Below, one piece after another: positions 48,154-56,628 of a stretch of 64,000 nt of DNA. The stretch is from an uncultured virus (IMG/VR IMGVR_UViG_3300016474_001145) (lineage: Duplodnaviria > Heunggongvirae > Uroviricota > Caudoviricetes): the IMG/VR virus record IMGVR_UViG_3300016474_001145, positions 1-64,000 of that record, one strand, 5' to 3'. The notes beneath the pieces were generated by a model. The model saw nothing but the letters and a program-made list of their open reading frames with translations. It had not been told where the DNA came from and did no database searches. The position numbers and the translations under genes are program-made. Position 1 is the first letter of the stretch. The number at the start of each line of letters is the position of its first letter.

Positions 48154-48180
48154 CGCGGGGTAGTTCAGTAGGAGAACGCT
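48154..48180 (+). pseudogene. 5' remnant of a tRNA gene (acceptor strand + D arm)
   Basis: CGCGGGG-TA-GTTC-AGTAGGA-GAAC-G-CT, starts like the intact tRNA at 48791. Confidence 0.7.
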
Positions 48181-48181
48181 A

Positions 48182-48214
48182 ATCTCCTTTTTTTATAAAT
48201 ATTAAAAAGGAGAT
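48182..48214 (+). promoter_or_regulatory. Late promoter in loop of RBS-sequestering hairpin
   Basis: ATCTCCTTTT/AAAAGGAGAT perfect stem; TATAAATA 48194-48201 in loop. Confidence 0.8.
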
Positions 48215-48218
48215 ATAA

Positions 48219-48803
48219 ATGAACTGTATATATTGCTCTATAAGTTTTTCTAAACCAAGTAGAACTAAATTTCATCAAAACTATTGCAATTTGAATCCTA
48301 ACAAAATTCAAAAGAAAAATCAATATAGTAATCCTAATTATATCATGCCTCATGATGAAAAAGAAAGAAGGTCTGCTTGGGCCAGAAAACTTAATCAATT
48401 ACCATGGGACGACGCGAGAAGAAAAGCCTTATCTGAATCAATGAAAAAGGTTGTTAGTAAATATCCCGAAAAATACTCAGCTAGCAATCGAGGTAGGACA
48501 AAAGTAATCCATAAACATGGAACAAGTTTCCATGGTAAATGGGAATTAATTTTTGCGGAATGGTGTATAGAAAATAAAATTGAATGGATTAGAAACACTA
48601 AAGGATTTGAGTATAATTGGAACGGAAAAAGAACCTATTTTCCAGATTTCTATCTCTTGAAAAATAATCTTTATGTAGAAGTAAAAGGATATCAAACAGA
48701 AAGAGATAAGGCTAAATGGAGTCAATTTCCAGAGAAATTATTCGTAGTTGATAAATACATTATAAAACAAATAGAAAATAAAACATTTAGCGCGGGTTGG
48801 TGA
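48219..48803 (+). CDS. PD-(D/E)XK-type putative homing endonuclease
   Basis: N-terminal CxxC..H...C; GKWE, YFPDFYL...YVEVKG; stop codon lies inside tRNA. Confidence 0.75.
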   Translation: MNCIYCSISFSKPSRTKFHQNYCNLNPNKIQKKNQYSNPNYIMPHDEKERRSAWARKLNQLPWDDARRKALSESMKKVVSKYPEKYSASNRGRTKVIHKHGTSFHGKWELIFAEWCIENKIEWIRNTKGFEYNWNGKRTYFPDFYLLKNNLYVEVKGYQTERDKAKWSQFPEKLFVVDKYIIKQIENKTFSAGW

Positions 48804-48864
48804 AACGGTATCACAGAGGACTCATAATCCTCAGTCTCTAGTTCGAATCTAGAACCCGCAACCA
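48791..48864 (+). tRNA. tRNA-Met (CAU), C1:A72 mismatch (initiator-like)
   Basis: Cloverleaf: GCGGGT/ACCCGC, D arm GTGA/TCAC, GAGGA-CTCATAA-TCCTC, TCTAG-TTCGAAT-CTAGA, encoded CCA. Confidence 0.92.
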
Positions 48865-48958
48865 AATTCATTTTTTGCAGATTGATTCTGCAATATCTTT
48901 ATTCCCCATCAAAAAATATGGAGCGTACCAATATAAAATTGAGTACGCTATCATAATA

Positions 48959-49564
48959 TCAATCCATACTAATTGGCTTGATTGCTGGTTTGCCAATTGG
49001 TCTTACTCCTGGTGTAGGGCCCGAAGGTCCTGGGCTAATATCCGGCATAGGTTCTGGATCGGGTCCCATACTATTGATAGGGCTTAGAGGTCCAAGACCA
49101 ACAGATGAGATTGGCCTCGGGCCACCCGGAGGTTTGCTCATCCCATTCATTGCATTCGCTTGAGCAGCAGCACCTGCCATTGCTGCTTCTTTACCTGATC
49201 CTGCAAGCATAATACCGGATAATGTTCCGCACAAGAATGTTGCAACAGGTATAATTAATTCAAAAAACTTCTGGTCAATTGGGCTAATAGCATTGAGAGG
49301 CTGGGTAACGAACATAATACTGTAAAGCACAGTGAACACAATACCAATAAGAGTTAATGCGAGGCATACTCCGATAAAGAATTTAAGCCGTACCATTAAT
49401 TCATTTTCGGTATATCTTTCTCCGGGTTTAGATGCCTTTTCGCCTTTATGGTCATCCTTTTTAGGCATAGGAGGCATAGACTTTTTTATTGGTGCTGGAG
49501 ATATAACTTGTTTAGATGTGGTGTCAGTTGTACCAGATTCTTTAAACATATCTTTTAATCCCAT
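48959..49564 (-). CDS. Membrane protein, two TM segments, Pro/Gly-rich tail
   Basis: Hydrophobic FFIGVCLALTLIGIVFTVLYSIMF and IIPVATFLCGTLSGIML. Confidence 0.7.
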   Translation of the reverse strand: MGLKDMFKESGTTDTTSKQVISPAPIKKSMPPMPKKDDHKGEKASKPGERYTENELMVRLKFFIGVCLALTLIGIVFTVLYSIMFVTQPLNAISPIDQKFFELIIPVATFLCGTLSGIMLAGSGKEAAMAGAAAQANAMNGMSKPPGGPRPISSVGLGPLSPINSMGPDPEPMPDISPGPSGPTPGVRPIGKPAIKPISMD

Positions 49565-49789
49565 TTATTTTGCTCCTTTACACTGTTCACATTTGCCTGG
49601 ACTATTAAAAGAGGCAACTCCTTCTTGTCCTTTGAAAATATGCTCAGGGCAATCTCTTGAAACCTCACAATAAGGTTTTTTACAAAAATCCTTGTCCCAA
49701 TTATCTGGATTTTGGCAAGGATATCTATACCTTGCATCACATCCAAACAATAATAAACTTGAGACTAAAATAGTAATTAACTTAACCAT
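49565..49789 (-). CDS. Small Cys-rich lipoprotein
   Basis: MVKLITILVSSLLLFGC lipobox; RYRYPCQNPDNW. Confidence 0.7.
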   Translation of the reverse strand: MVKLITILVSSLLLFGCDARYRYPCQNPDNWDKDFCKKPYCEVSRDCPEHIFKGQEGVASFNSPGKCEQCKGAK

Positions 49790-50310
49790 GGTATCCACAT
49801 CCATATGGCTTGACTTACTAGTAAGGATCCTACAGTTCCAACTATCGTACTGATGTAGAACATTGGCATACTTACTGCAAGAATACTAGCTGTTAGTAAA
49901 ACAATTGCAATCTGTAATGTAGACCCACCCCAAGTAAACCAAGGAGATTTAAGTTTAGCAGCATCTCTTTCTGCTTCTAGAACTTTTGCTTTCTCCATTA
50001 TTTCTTTTTTATCGTCGCTCATGCGTTTAGCTTCTGCTAGAAATTTATCCTTGTTCTCTGGTTTACTAGCTTCAGCCGCACTTATCTCATATAATACACC
50101 TCGCACGTTTTTAGCTTGATACCAAGCCCACATATTATTAGCTTGAATGGTATTATTTTGAATTTTGCTACTATTAGACCCACCCAACATAGTATTGATA
50201 GCTAGAACAGCAGCTAAAAATACAATTATAAACCCAGCCTTATCTTTAATTTTTGCTTCACGTTCACTTCTGGTTAAAGGTTTCGGGTCTTTTGACTGCT
50301 GGTCTGTCAT
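49777..50310 (-). CDS. DUF4337-like membrane protein
   Basis: TM, WAWYQAKN motif, coiled coil, LQIAIVL + TMs. Confidence 0.65.
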   Translation of the reverse strand: MTDQQSKDPKPLTRSEREAKIKDKAGFIIVFLAAVLAINTMLGGSNSSKIQNNTIQANNMWAWYQAKNVRGVLYEISAAEASKPENKDKFLAEAKRMSDDKKEIMEKAKVLEAERDAAKLKSPWFTWGGSTLQIAIVLLTASILAVSMPMFYISTIVGTVGSLLVSQAIWMWIPWLS

Positions 50311-50635
50311 TTACAATCTCCTTAGGTTTATTAACATACTTGTCAAGAATAGCATTACCTACCCAAGCAGCCATATATCCCATAAAATACCATTCACTAA
50401 ATCTTTCCTCAACTATAAGATAGACAAAGCCCCAGGTACTAACTATCCATGCTCCAAATCTAACAAATTTTTTCTCATCCAATTTTCCGTTACTACAAAT
50501 TAAATCTTTAAGATCAATATTACTGTCACTATTTCTGTGCCACACCCAAAGTAATAGAATGAGAAATAGCACAACTATCATGAGAACAGAGCTCATGGCA
50601 AATTGTGCTTTGTTTATATCTGTCCAATCTATCAT
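50264..50635 (-). CDS. Small multi-pass membrane protein (possible holin-like)
   Basis: 2-3 hydrophobic segments, basic C-terminus, late promoter upstream. Confidence 0.55.
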   Translation of the reverse strand: MIDWTDINKAQFAMSSVLMIVVLFLILLLWVWHRNSDSNIDLKDLICSNGKLDEKKFVRFGAWIVSTWGFVYLIVEERFSEWYFMGYMAAWVGNAILDKYVNKPKEIVNDRPAVKRPETFNQK

Positions 50636-50641
50636 TTTTCC

Positions 50642-50667
50642 TATAAATAAAATATTAATTATTTATA
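50642..50667. promoter_or_regulatory. Crossed divergent late promoters
   Basis: TATAAATA on plus (50642-49) and minus (50660-67), forming an inverted repeat. Confidence 0.7.
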
Positions 50668-50683
50668 GAAATTGGAATATACC

Positions 50684-51130
50684 ATGCCTAGAACTCCTAG
50701 AAAACAACTAATCTCTCAGGAAGAACCTGTTTTTTATCTTAGAATTTTTTCCTGGATTAGAAAAAATCCAATGAATTCGTTAATTATTTTGTTAGTTATT
50801 ATTGCATTATTGTTATATCTAATAGCTATTATAAAAACACCCGCAAAAGAGATCGTAGTAGATCATCCTATACAAGTTAATATCCCAACTCCTGCAAATT
50901 CTTTGGAAGTACAAATAGAAAAACAAAATGTTCTTATTAAAAAATTAGAGGAACATAATCTTATTCTAGAAAATAATATCAAAATATTGGATAAGAAGAT
51001 ACAAACTAATACTGAAATTATTAAAAGAATGTGTGAATACATCTGGGTTATTACTATAGATAAGAAGATTGCTCCAAGACAGTGTTATCCTGATTATAAT
51101 TGGCGCAGGGAAGAAACAAATGGAAACTAA
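50684..51130 (+). CDS. Single-TM coiled-coil protein
   Basis: Hydrophobic LIILLVIIALLLYLIAII, then heptad region. Confidence 0.65.
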   Translation: MPRTPRKQLISQEEPVFYLRIFSWIRKNPMNSLIILLVIIALLLYLIAIIKTPAKEIVVDHPIQVNIPTPANSLEVQIEKQNVLIKKLEEHNLILENNIKILDKKIQTNTEIIKRMCEYIWVITIDKKIAPRQCYPDYNWRREETNGN

Positions 51131-52355
51131 ATTAGCCACAATAATCTGTAGTGATGTTATTGGTTATAGTACACTTATGCAGAAAGATGAGGCAGGAACA
51201 CTAGCCAAGCTAGATGCTTGCCGTGCTATTATTGATTCTTTGATAGATGCCAACAAAGGACGTCTATTCAATACGGGAGGAGACAGTGTATTGATTGAGT
51301 TTGCCAGTGCTGTGGATGCAGTACGTTTTGGCATTGAAATGCAATCACGTATGAAAAAATTAAACAATGGTATGCGCTGGCGTGTAGGTATTCACATGGG
51401 TGAAGTATGGATATATGGCACCAACCTAATGGGTGATGCTGTCAATCTAGCTGCTAGAACCGAAAGTCTTGCTGACTATGGTGGAGTTACAATGACTGAT
51501 ACTGTATATAGACTAGTCAGTCCAAAAATTAAAGATTTCAAATTTGTTAGCCGTGGTGTACAAGAATTTAAAAATGTAGAGCCAATGGAAATTTGGAGCG
51601 TGGACATTGTTAGCGCCGAACCCAATCCAAACCTTAATAAGTCAACTAAAAGTAATAATATAGTTAGTTCAACTAAATCCCATAGCGAATTAATTTCCGC
51701 TATTGTTAATGATCAGGCAGCTCGTAATCGCAGTTTACATGATGCTATGACTTTTAAACATGACGGCAAATATGGACCCGCTACTAGAATATTGATGTGG
51801 AGAGTTACTAAAAATGATAGTGCCGCATTAGATGAACTAATTAACATGATGCAAAAAAATATTGTTCCTTTAGAATTAAAACAATATGTATTGGCAATCT
51901 TCAGAGAATATTGTAATAAAGTGAATAGTGAGTTAGCTTTAAAAATTGTAGATTTGGTTGAGAATGATAGTAAAAGTTTAGCAATACAATTCTTAAAGCA
52001 AGCATCTAAAGTCAATGAACAAGCTAGTTATAAATTAGCTATGTTAGTTTTCACTGATCCTCATAGTAGCACCAGCGAAATAGAAAGTGTAATAGGGGAT
52101 TTAAAGGAAAGTGCCATGAGGCGCAGGATTCCTGCTATGATGAGCCTCGGAAAATATTATTTACAGATAGGCGATAATAAGAATGCTTTTAGATGGCTCT
52201 ATGCTGCTAGAGCAGAACATGATAAAGAAGCACAAAAATTATTAGAAGACCTAAATAAGAAAATTAGTAAAACTGAATTCAATAACTTTAAAACAGATGG
52301 TGATGCTTTAGTGGATGAAATAAAATTTATAGATGAAAATCGTATGAGACAGTGA
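51120..52355 (+). CDS. Class III nucleotidyl (adenylate/guanylate) cyclase with C-terminal SEL1/TPR-like helices
   Basis: CSDVIGYS, TGGDSV, RVGIHMG, GDAVNLAAR; MSLGKYY..AFRWL SEL1-like. Confidence 0.85.
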   Translation: METKLATIICSDVIGYSTLMQKDEAGTLAKLDACRAIIDSLIDANKGRLFNTGGDSVLIEFASAVDAVRFGIEMQSRMKKLNNGMRWRVGIHMGEVWIYGTNLMGDAVNLAARTESLADYGGVTMTDTVYRLVSPKIKDFKFVSRGVQEFKNVEPMEIWSVDIVSAEPNPNLNKSTKSNNIVSSTKSHSELISAIVNDQAARNRSLHDAMTFKHDGKYGPATRILMWRVTKNDSAALDELINMMQKNIVPLELKQYVLAIFREYCNKVNSELALKIVDLVENDSKSLAIQFLKQASKVNEQASYKLAMLVFTDPHSSTSEIESVIGDLKESAMRRRIPAMMSLGKYYLQIGDNKNAFRWLYAARAEHDKEAQKLLEDLNKKISKTEFNNFKTDGDALVDEIKFIDENRMRQ

Positions 52356-52529
52356 TTATTTTTCTTTAACTAATTTATTAACAGCATCCCATAATGCTGT
52401 TATTTGTTTATCATAATTTTTTTCAAGATAATCAAGACGCACCTTCAAGGTCACAGCATAAGCTGCTATAGCTACAACACCCGCACCTAAAAACCATAGT
52501 TTTCCTAATGCATCAGCAAGACCTTCCAT
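52356..52529 (-). CDS. Small single-TM protein (57 aa), not in ORF track
   Basis: MEGLADALGKLWFLGAGVVAIAAYAV...; AGGA RBS. Confidence 0.55.
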   Translation of the reverse strand: MEGLADALGKLWFLGAGVVAIAAYAVTLKVRLDYLEKNYDKQITALWDAVNKLVKEK

Positions 52530-52534
52530 TTTTA

Positions 52535-52960
52535 TTATCCTTTTAGTTCGCCTCTTTCTATTAGCTTTTGTTTATTATATTGATGTTGTTCTTGAACTAA
52601 TTCTTTATTTTCGCCTTGATAAAGAACAGCATAATTATTATCAATCATCCACTGATTTAAACTAGTACCATCTTCTAAAATAAACACACCTAGTATTCTA
52701 CCAAACTTATCATCATTCGCATCAGATTTCATAGTTTGAATTCTTTGCCAACTTCCCACAGGTAATTTTTCTGCTACTTTCTTTTTAGAAAGTGTTCCTC
52801 TTATCTTTTCCTCGTTATTAGAAGTTCTTGATTCAGGTGTATCAATGCCCGCCATCCTAACCTTTTGATTGACAAGCATCATATTGAAGCCTAAATCAAG
52901 GTCAATCTCAACAGTATCACCGTCGACCACTTTATTAATTTTGCATCTGTAAATATACAT
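52535..52960 (-). CDS. Thermonuclease (SNase-like)
   Basis: VVDGDT, VRMAGIDTPE, DKFGRILG. Confidence 0.88.
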   Translation of the reverse strand: MYIYRCKINKVVDGDTVEIDLDLGFNMMLVNQKVRMAGIDTPESRTSNNEEKIRGTLSKKKVAEKLPVGSWQRIQTMKSDANDDKFGRILGVFILEDGTSLNQWMIDNNYAVLYQGENKELVQEQHQYNKQKLIERGELKG

Positions 52961-52968
52961 AGTTTCTC

Positions 52969-53604
52969 CTATTTGCCTTCATACATTACATCTGTTGTAT
53001 CACCTAATGCCCATTTTGGATTAGTTTCCACTCTATAGGTTTTAGTACAAACCTTAAAATCGGGGAATTTTAATTCTCTTGGATTACTTGCAGCATCCAA
53101 GAATATACATCTGTTGTTTGGCTGTGCTGCATATTGCCCATTATCTAATTCAATAAAGTTAAAACTCTTGTGATCTTCTGGCCATTCTGCATAAGTTGTA
53201 TCTATAGTGTTTGGATCAGAATGAGCATTATCTACAGTAAACATATAGCCGCCGCTGTAGAAGTTTTTATCCTTTGCATAGAATTTGCAGGTCAAATTTT
53301 TGAGAAAAGATTTTTGTAATACGGTAACATCATGAGAAAAACAATCCCAAATTTGTAATGTATCTAAGGGTAAGAATGGACCTAAATTTTCTGTCTTAGA
53401 TACAAACGCATGCAAGGGCAACTTATCATATAATGCTCCATAGTTTGGTAAATATGATTCTATTCTAAATGCTTGTCCTCTGATGGATTTAACTGTTACC
53501 CAGATACAAGGTTCAAATTCCCCATGTCCTTTTTCAAAATCATAAAGAAATTCTCGTCTAATGTAACAATGTACAGGGGGAATATTTGCTATAAGATGTG
53601 CCAT
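52969..53604 (-). CDS. Conserved hypothetical protein
   Basis: 211 aa ORF; WDCFS, EDHKS, AAQPNNR; coupled to neighbours. Confidence 0.65.
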   Translation of the reverse strand: MAHLIANIPPVHCYIRREFLYDFEKGHGEFEPCIWVTVKSIRGQAFRIESYLPNYGALYDKLPLHAFVSKTENLGPFLPLDTLQIWDCFSHDVTVLQKSFLKNLTCKFYAKDKNFYSGGYMFTVDNAHSDPNTIDTTYAEWPEDHKSFNFIELDNGQYAAQPNNRCIFLDAASNPRELKFPDFKVCTKTYRVETNPKWALGDTTDVMYEGK

Positions 53605-54257
53605 TATTTGTTTGCCAGAGGATTATCCAATGCCTTTTTAAGTTTATCATCTAACTCACGTTGTGCTGCTTTCAACTTAGAATCTATTTCTTTATTATTC
53701 GCGGCAATGGCTTTAGAATTTTCAGCAGCCATTCTATTCATTTCTTTAGTAGCAGCATTCATAGATGCATCTGCAGATTTTTGTATGTTTCTTACTTCTG
53801 TTTTTACTTCAGCTACCGTTCTATCTATTTCTCTTTGCTGAGTCTTATTACTTCGTTCAACATCTTCTACGGTTTTTTCGAGGCGTCTAATATCATTCTT
53901 CAAGTCATTCTTAATATCTCTAGTATACTCGGCAGTTTTATCAGACCCCTCTTGAACTGCCTTTGCTGTCTTACTAGCATTTTCTTCTATTACAGCTAAG
54001 CGTTTATCAAATTCTGAAAAGTCTGGAGAAACATACTCGGCAATTTTCTTCTTCATACCCATATAATCTTTATATACTTCGAATACACCATATAGTCCAC
54101 CTAATGTGCTTGATACAATTGTTGCAGCTACCATTAGTTTAGCAGGAGTAAATTCATAACCGCCTATACTGATTACGGTATCTTTACTTGCATATTTCTT
54201 TGCTGCCTCTTCTAATTCATCAACCTTTTTATTTAGATCGACTTTTTCTTCTGACAT
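53604..54257 (-). CDS. Membrane-anchored coiled-coil protein
   Basis: TM (LMVAATIVSSTLGGLYGVF) then long coiled coil ending ALDNPLA. Confidence 0.7.
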   Translation of the reverse strand: MSEEKVDLNKKVDELEEAAKKYASKDTVISIGGYEFTPAKLMVAATIVSSTLGGLYGVFEVYKDYMGMKKKIAEYVSPDFSEFDKRLAVIEENASKTAKAVQEGSDKTAEYTRDIKNDLKNDIRRLEKTVEDVERSNKTQQREIDRTVAEVKTEVRNIQKSADASMNAATKEMNRMAAENSKAIAANNKEIDSKLKAAQRELDDKLKKALDNPLANK

Positions 54258-54259
54258 GT

Positions 54260-56566
54260 TTACCTCGGTAAGTATTGTTGATCTACCATTTCTTGATGCA
54301 ATTTATCACTAGCCAATTGTCTTAATGCTCTAACATTATCTATTGTCTTTTGATTTCTATAAATTTCTTTTGGTGCATAGAACGCCGCATCATTTAAAGC
54401 AATCAAATAAGTATTGAAACCAGCAGGAGTCCTAGCAATAGAAGCAATAGAAACACCTGCGGCTGCGTCGTTGTCTTGAACATTGGATTTTACCTGCTGT
54501 GTGTTTGTATCCCTACGATCTTGTTCAATAGTTGTAGTTTTATTTTCTATTATATCGTTTATAGGATTTGTTTTGTCTGTAGTAAAATTACTTTGTGCAG
54601 TAGGCAACTCAATATTTGATACAGGGGCAATAGTTGTTAATTGATTGGATTGTTGAACTTCTATTGGTTGTGTCTGGGGAGGTATCAATGTTACTGTAAA
54701 ATTATTAGATATTTTTATTTCTTGTTGCTGGCTCTCAGTCTTTATATCTGATACTAGTTGCGCTGGAGGTTGATACAAACTTATTGAATTAATGCTTTGT
54801 TCAGTATTTTTACTAGGTTGCATTAAGGCAATTATCTGTGATTGCGTATTAACTTGATTTTCATTAGTTGTTATTTCCAACCCAGTTAAATTTACAATAT
54901 TATTAGTTATATTTCTATTATCCATAGACACATTGACTGTATTAGTACCTCCTATTCTAGTTTCTAATGGTGTTAAATTATCTGTTTGTTTAGATGTAGT
55001 ATTGACACTAGAGGATGTTACTAAATCATTATTCTCATTGCTTGTTACTGCTTGAGTTAATGCTATAGACTCTGCTTGGTTAATGCTAACTGCTGCAGCA
55101 TCATTTGCACTCTTGATTGCTTTTTGGCTAGCTTGTATCGCTATACTATTTTCTCTATTTTGATTTTGTCTTATTAGACTAAGAGCAAAATTATTATTTG
55201 CTGTATTTTGAATAGAAGATTCTGTTTGAATACTAGTAACAACTACTGAAGGATTTGTGCTATTAACATTATTCAAGGTAGTTGTAATAGTTTCTGTGGG
55301 TGTTAAGGTAGTGCTAGAAGTATTAAGCAATGCTATTTTATCTTGTTGTGCTTTTATATCAGCAATAGTTTGTCTTAAAGTTGTTTGAAAATTAGAACAG
55401 TTTGGACTATATAAACCATTTGAATAACAAGGATCAGGAGTCCATATAGGCCTGGTCCAACCTACCCAACCAAAATGATTCCAAACATCACTCGCCCACC
55501 ATTGTATGTTACCCATGTCTAGACTGTTTCTATTTTCAGTAAATAGGTATCTGTTACTATAACTACCTCCAGAATTATTACCTGCTACATACCATTGTTG
55601 TTGAAGCATTGTAGTATTATTTTTATCACTAATTCTAAAGTTAATATTGCCGCCACCATCAGTGCGCCAATCCGTACACCAGAACATGAATGTATTATAG
55701 CAAGCACCGTAATTGTACCAATTAAATCCGTAATCGTAGCCATGTAAAACTACGCCACCTCCTATATGTGGTAAGGACTGAGCAATGTTATAACTATAAT
55801 AAAATGTTGGGCTCTTAGATCCTTGTAGGATGTTTTGAAATCCTGGACAATTACTATTAAACGCAGGATTCAGCACACAAGGATCCACACTGTAATTGAG
55901 ACGCATGTAAGCATCTTTTATTTGAGGTCCGTAGCAGTCTGGGTTACATGCCCAAAATCCACCGTCCATGCCTGTGATACTTAATCTAGCTGTGCCCACA
56001 GTGGCTATAGGTTTAGCTCCAGCAAATGTATATGTTTCGGCTAGTTGTTGCCATACTGGATTATAAGCAGGATTGCCGTCATTGACATTCTTCAAACCCA
56101 ATTGATAAACATTGGTGGCTTCGACAGTGCCATTGGGTGCCCTATAGGTAAATGTAGCATTGAGGGTATCTTGAGTAGTGCCTGTGTCACAGGTGGTACC
56201 AACTGTTTGAGCACATTGAAATCTATACTTAAACCCGTACATAATGCCAGTGGCAAACACAGCGCCGGTATTTTGGTAACCAAAGTTAATAGCCCCAAAA
56301 TTAACATCTTGTTGTATAGTACCCGAAGCATAACTAAAAATGTAACCATCTGGAGTATAAGATCCAGTCATGCCAGACGTAGTCCAGCCGGTGCCCGATG
56401 TCATTGTAGGGTTTTGTATTAGATTACCAGTGGTGCTGTCTATGCTGTAGCCACTAGGAGTATTAGGTGAGGTTTGCGCGAATGCTGAACCAACTACTAA
56501 TATAAAAAAAATTAGTAAGGCTATTCCAAAACCCTTAGTCCATTTGTAATCATAATTCTTATCCAT
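54260..56566 (-). CDS. Large exported protein (signal peptide, Cys/Trp-rich domains, S/T/N/Q-rich linker)
   Basis: GFGIALLIFFILVVGSAFA|Q signal; two DPC..P..NC repeats. Confidence 0.7.
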   Translation of the reverse strand: MDKNYDYKWTKGFGIALLIFFILVVGSAFAQTSPNTPSGYSIDSTTGNLIQNPTMTSGTGWTTSGMTGSYTPDGYIFSYASGTIQQDVNFGAINFGYQNTGAVFATGIMYGFKYRFQCAQTVGTTCDTGTTQDTLNATFTYRAPNGTVEATNVYQLGLKNVNDGNPAYNPVWQQLAETYTFAGAKPIATVGTARLSITGMDGGFWACNPDCYGPQIKDAYMRLNYSVDPCVLNPAFNSNCPGFQNILQGSKSPTFYYSYNIAQSLPHIGGGVVLHGYDYGFNWYNYGACYNTFMFWCTDWRTDGGGNINFRISDKNNTTMLQQQWYVAGNNSGGSYSNRYLFTENRNSLDMGNIQWWASDVWNHFGWVGWTRPIWTPDPCYSNGLYSPNCSNFQTTLRQTIADIKAQQDKIALLNTSSTTLTPTETITTTLNNVNSTNPSVVVTSIQTESSIQNTANNNFALSLIRQNQNRENSIAIQASQKAIKSANDAAAVSINQAESIALTQAVTSNENNDLVTSSSVNTTSKQTDNLTPLETRIGGTNTVNVSMDNRNITNNIVNLTGLEITTNENQVNTQSQIIALMQPSKNTEQSINSISLYQPPAQLVSDIKTESQQQEIKISNNFTVTLIPPQTQPIEVQQSNQLTTIAPVSNIELPTAQSNFTTDKTNPINDIIENKTTTIEQDRRDTNTQQVKSNVQDNDAAAGVSIASIARTPAGFNTYLIALNDAAFYAPKEIYRNQKTIDNVRALRQLASDKLHQEMVDQQYLPR

Positions 56567-56628
56567 ATTGAAATCCTGGTATTATAGCTAGTATCATTAG
56601 ACAAAATAATAATATCCAATTTACAAAT

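Noticed and set aside
48154..48864. Intron-split tRNA joining the 5' remnant to the downstream 3' half
   Set aside because: The downstream tRNA is already complete, and the remnant would mispair with its acceptor stem (G7:A66)
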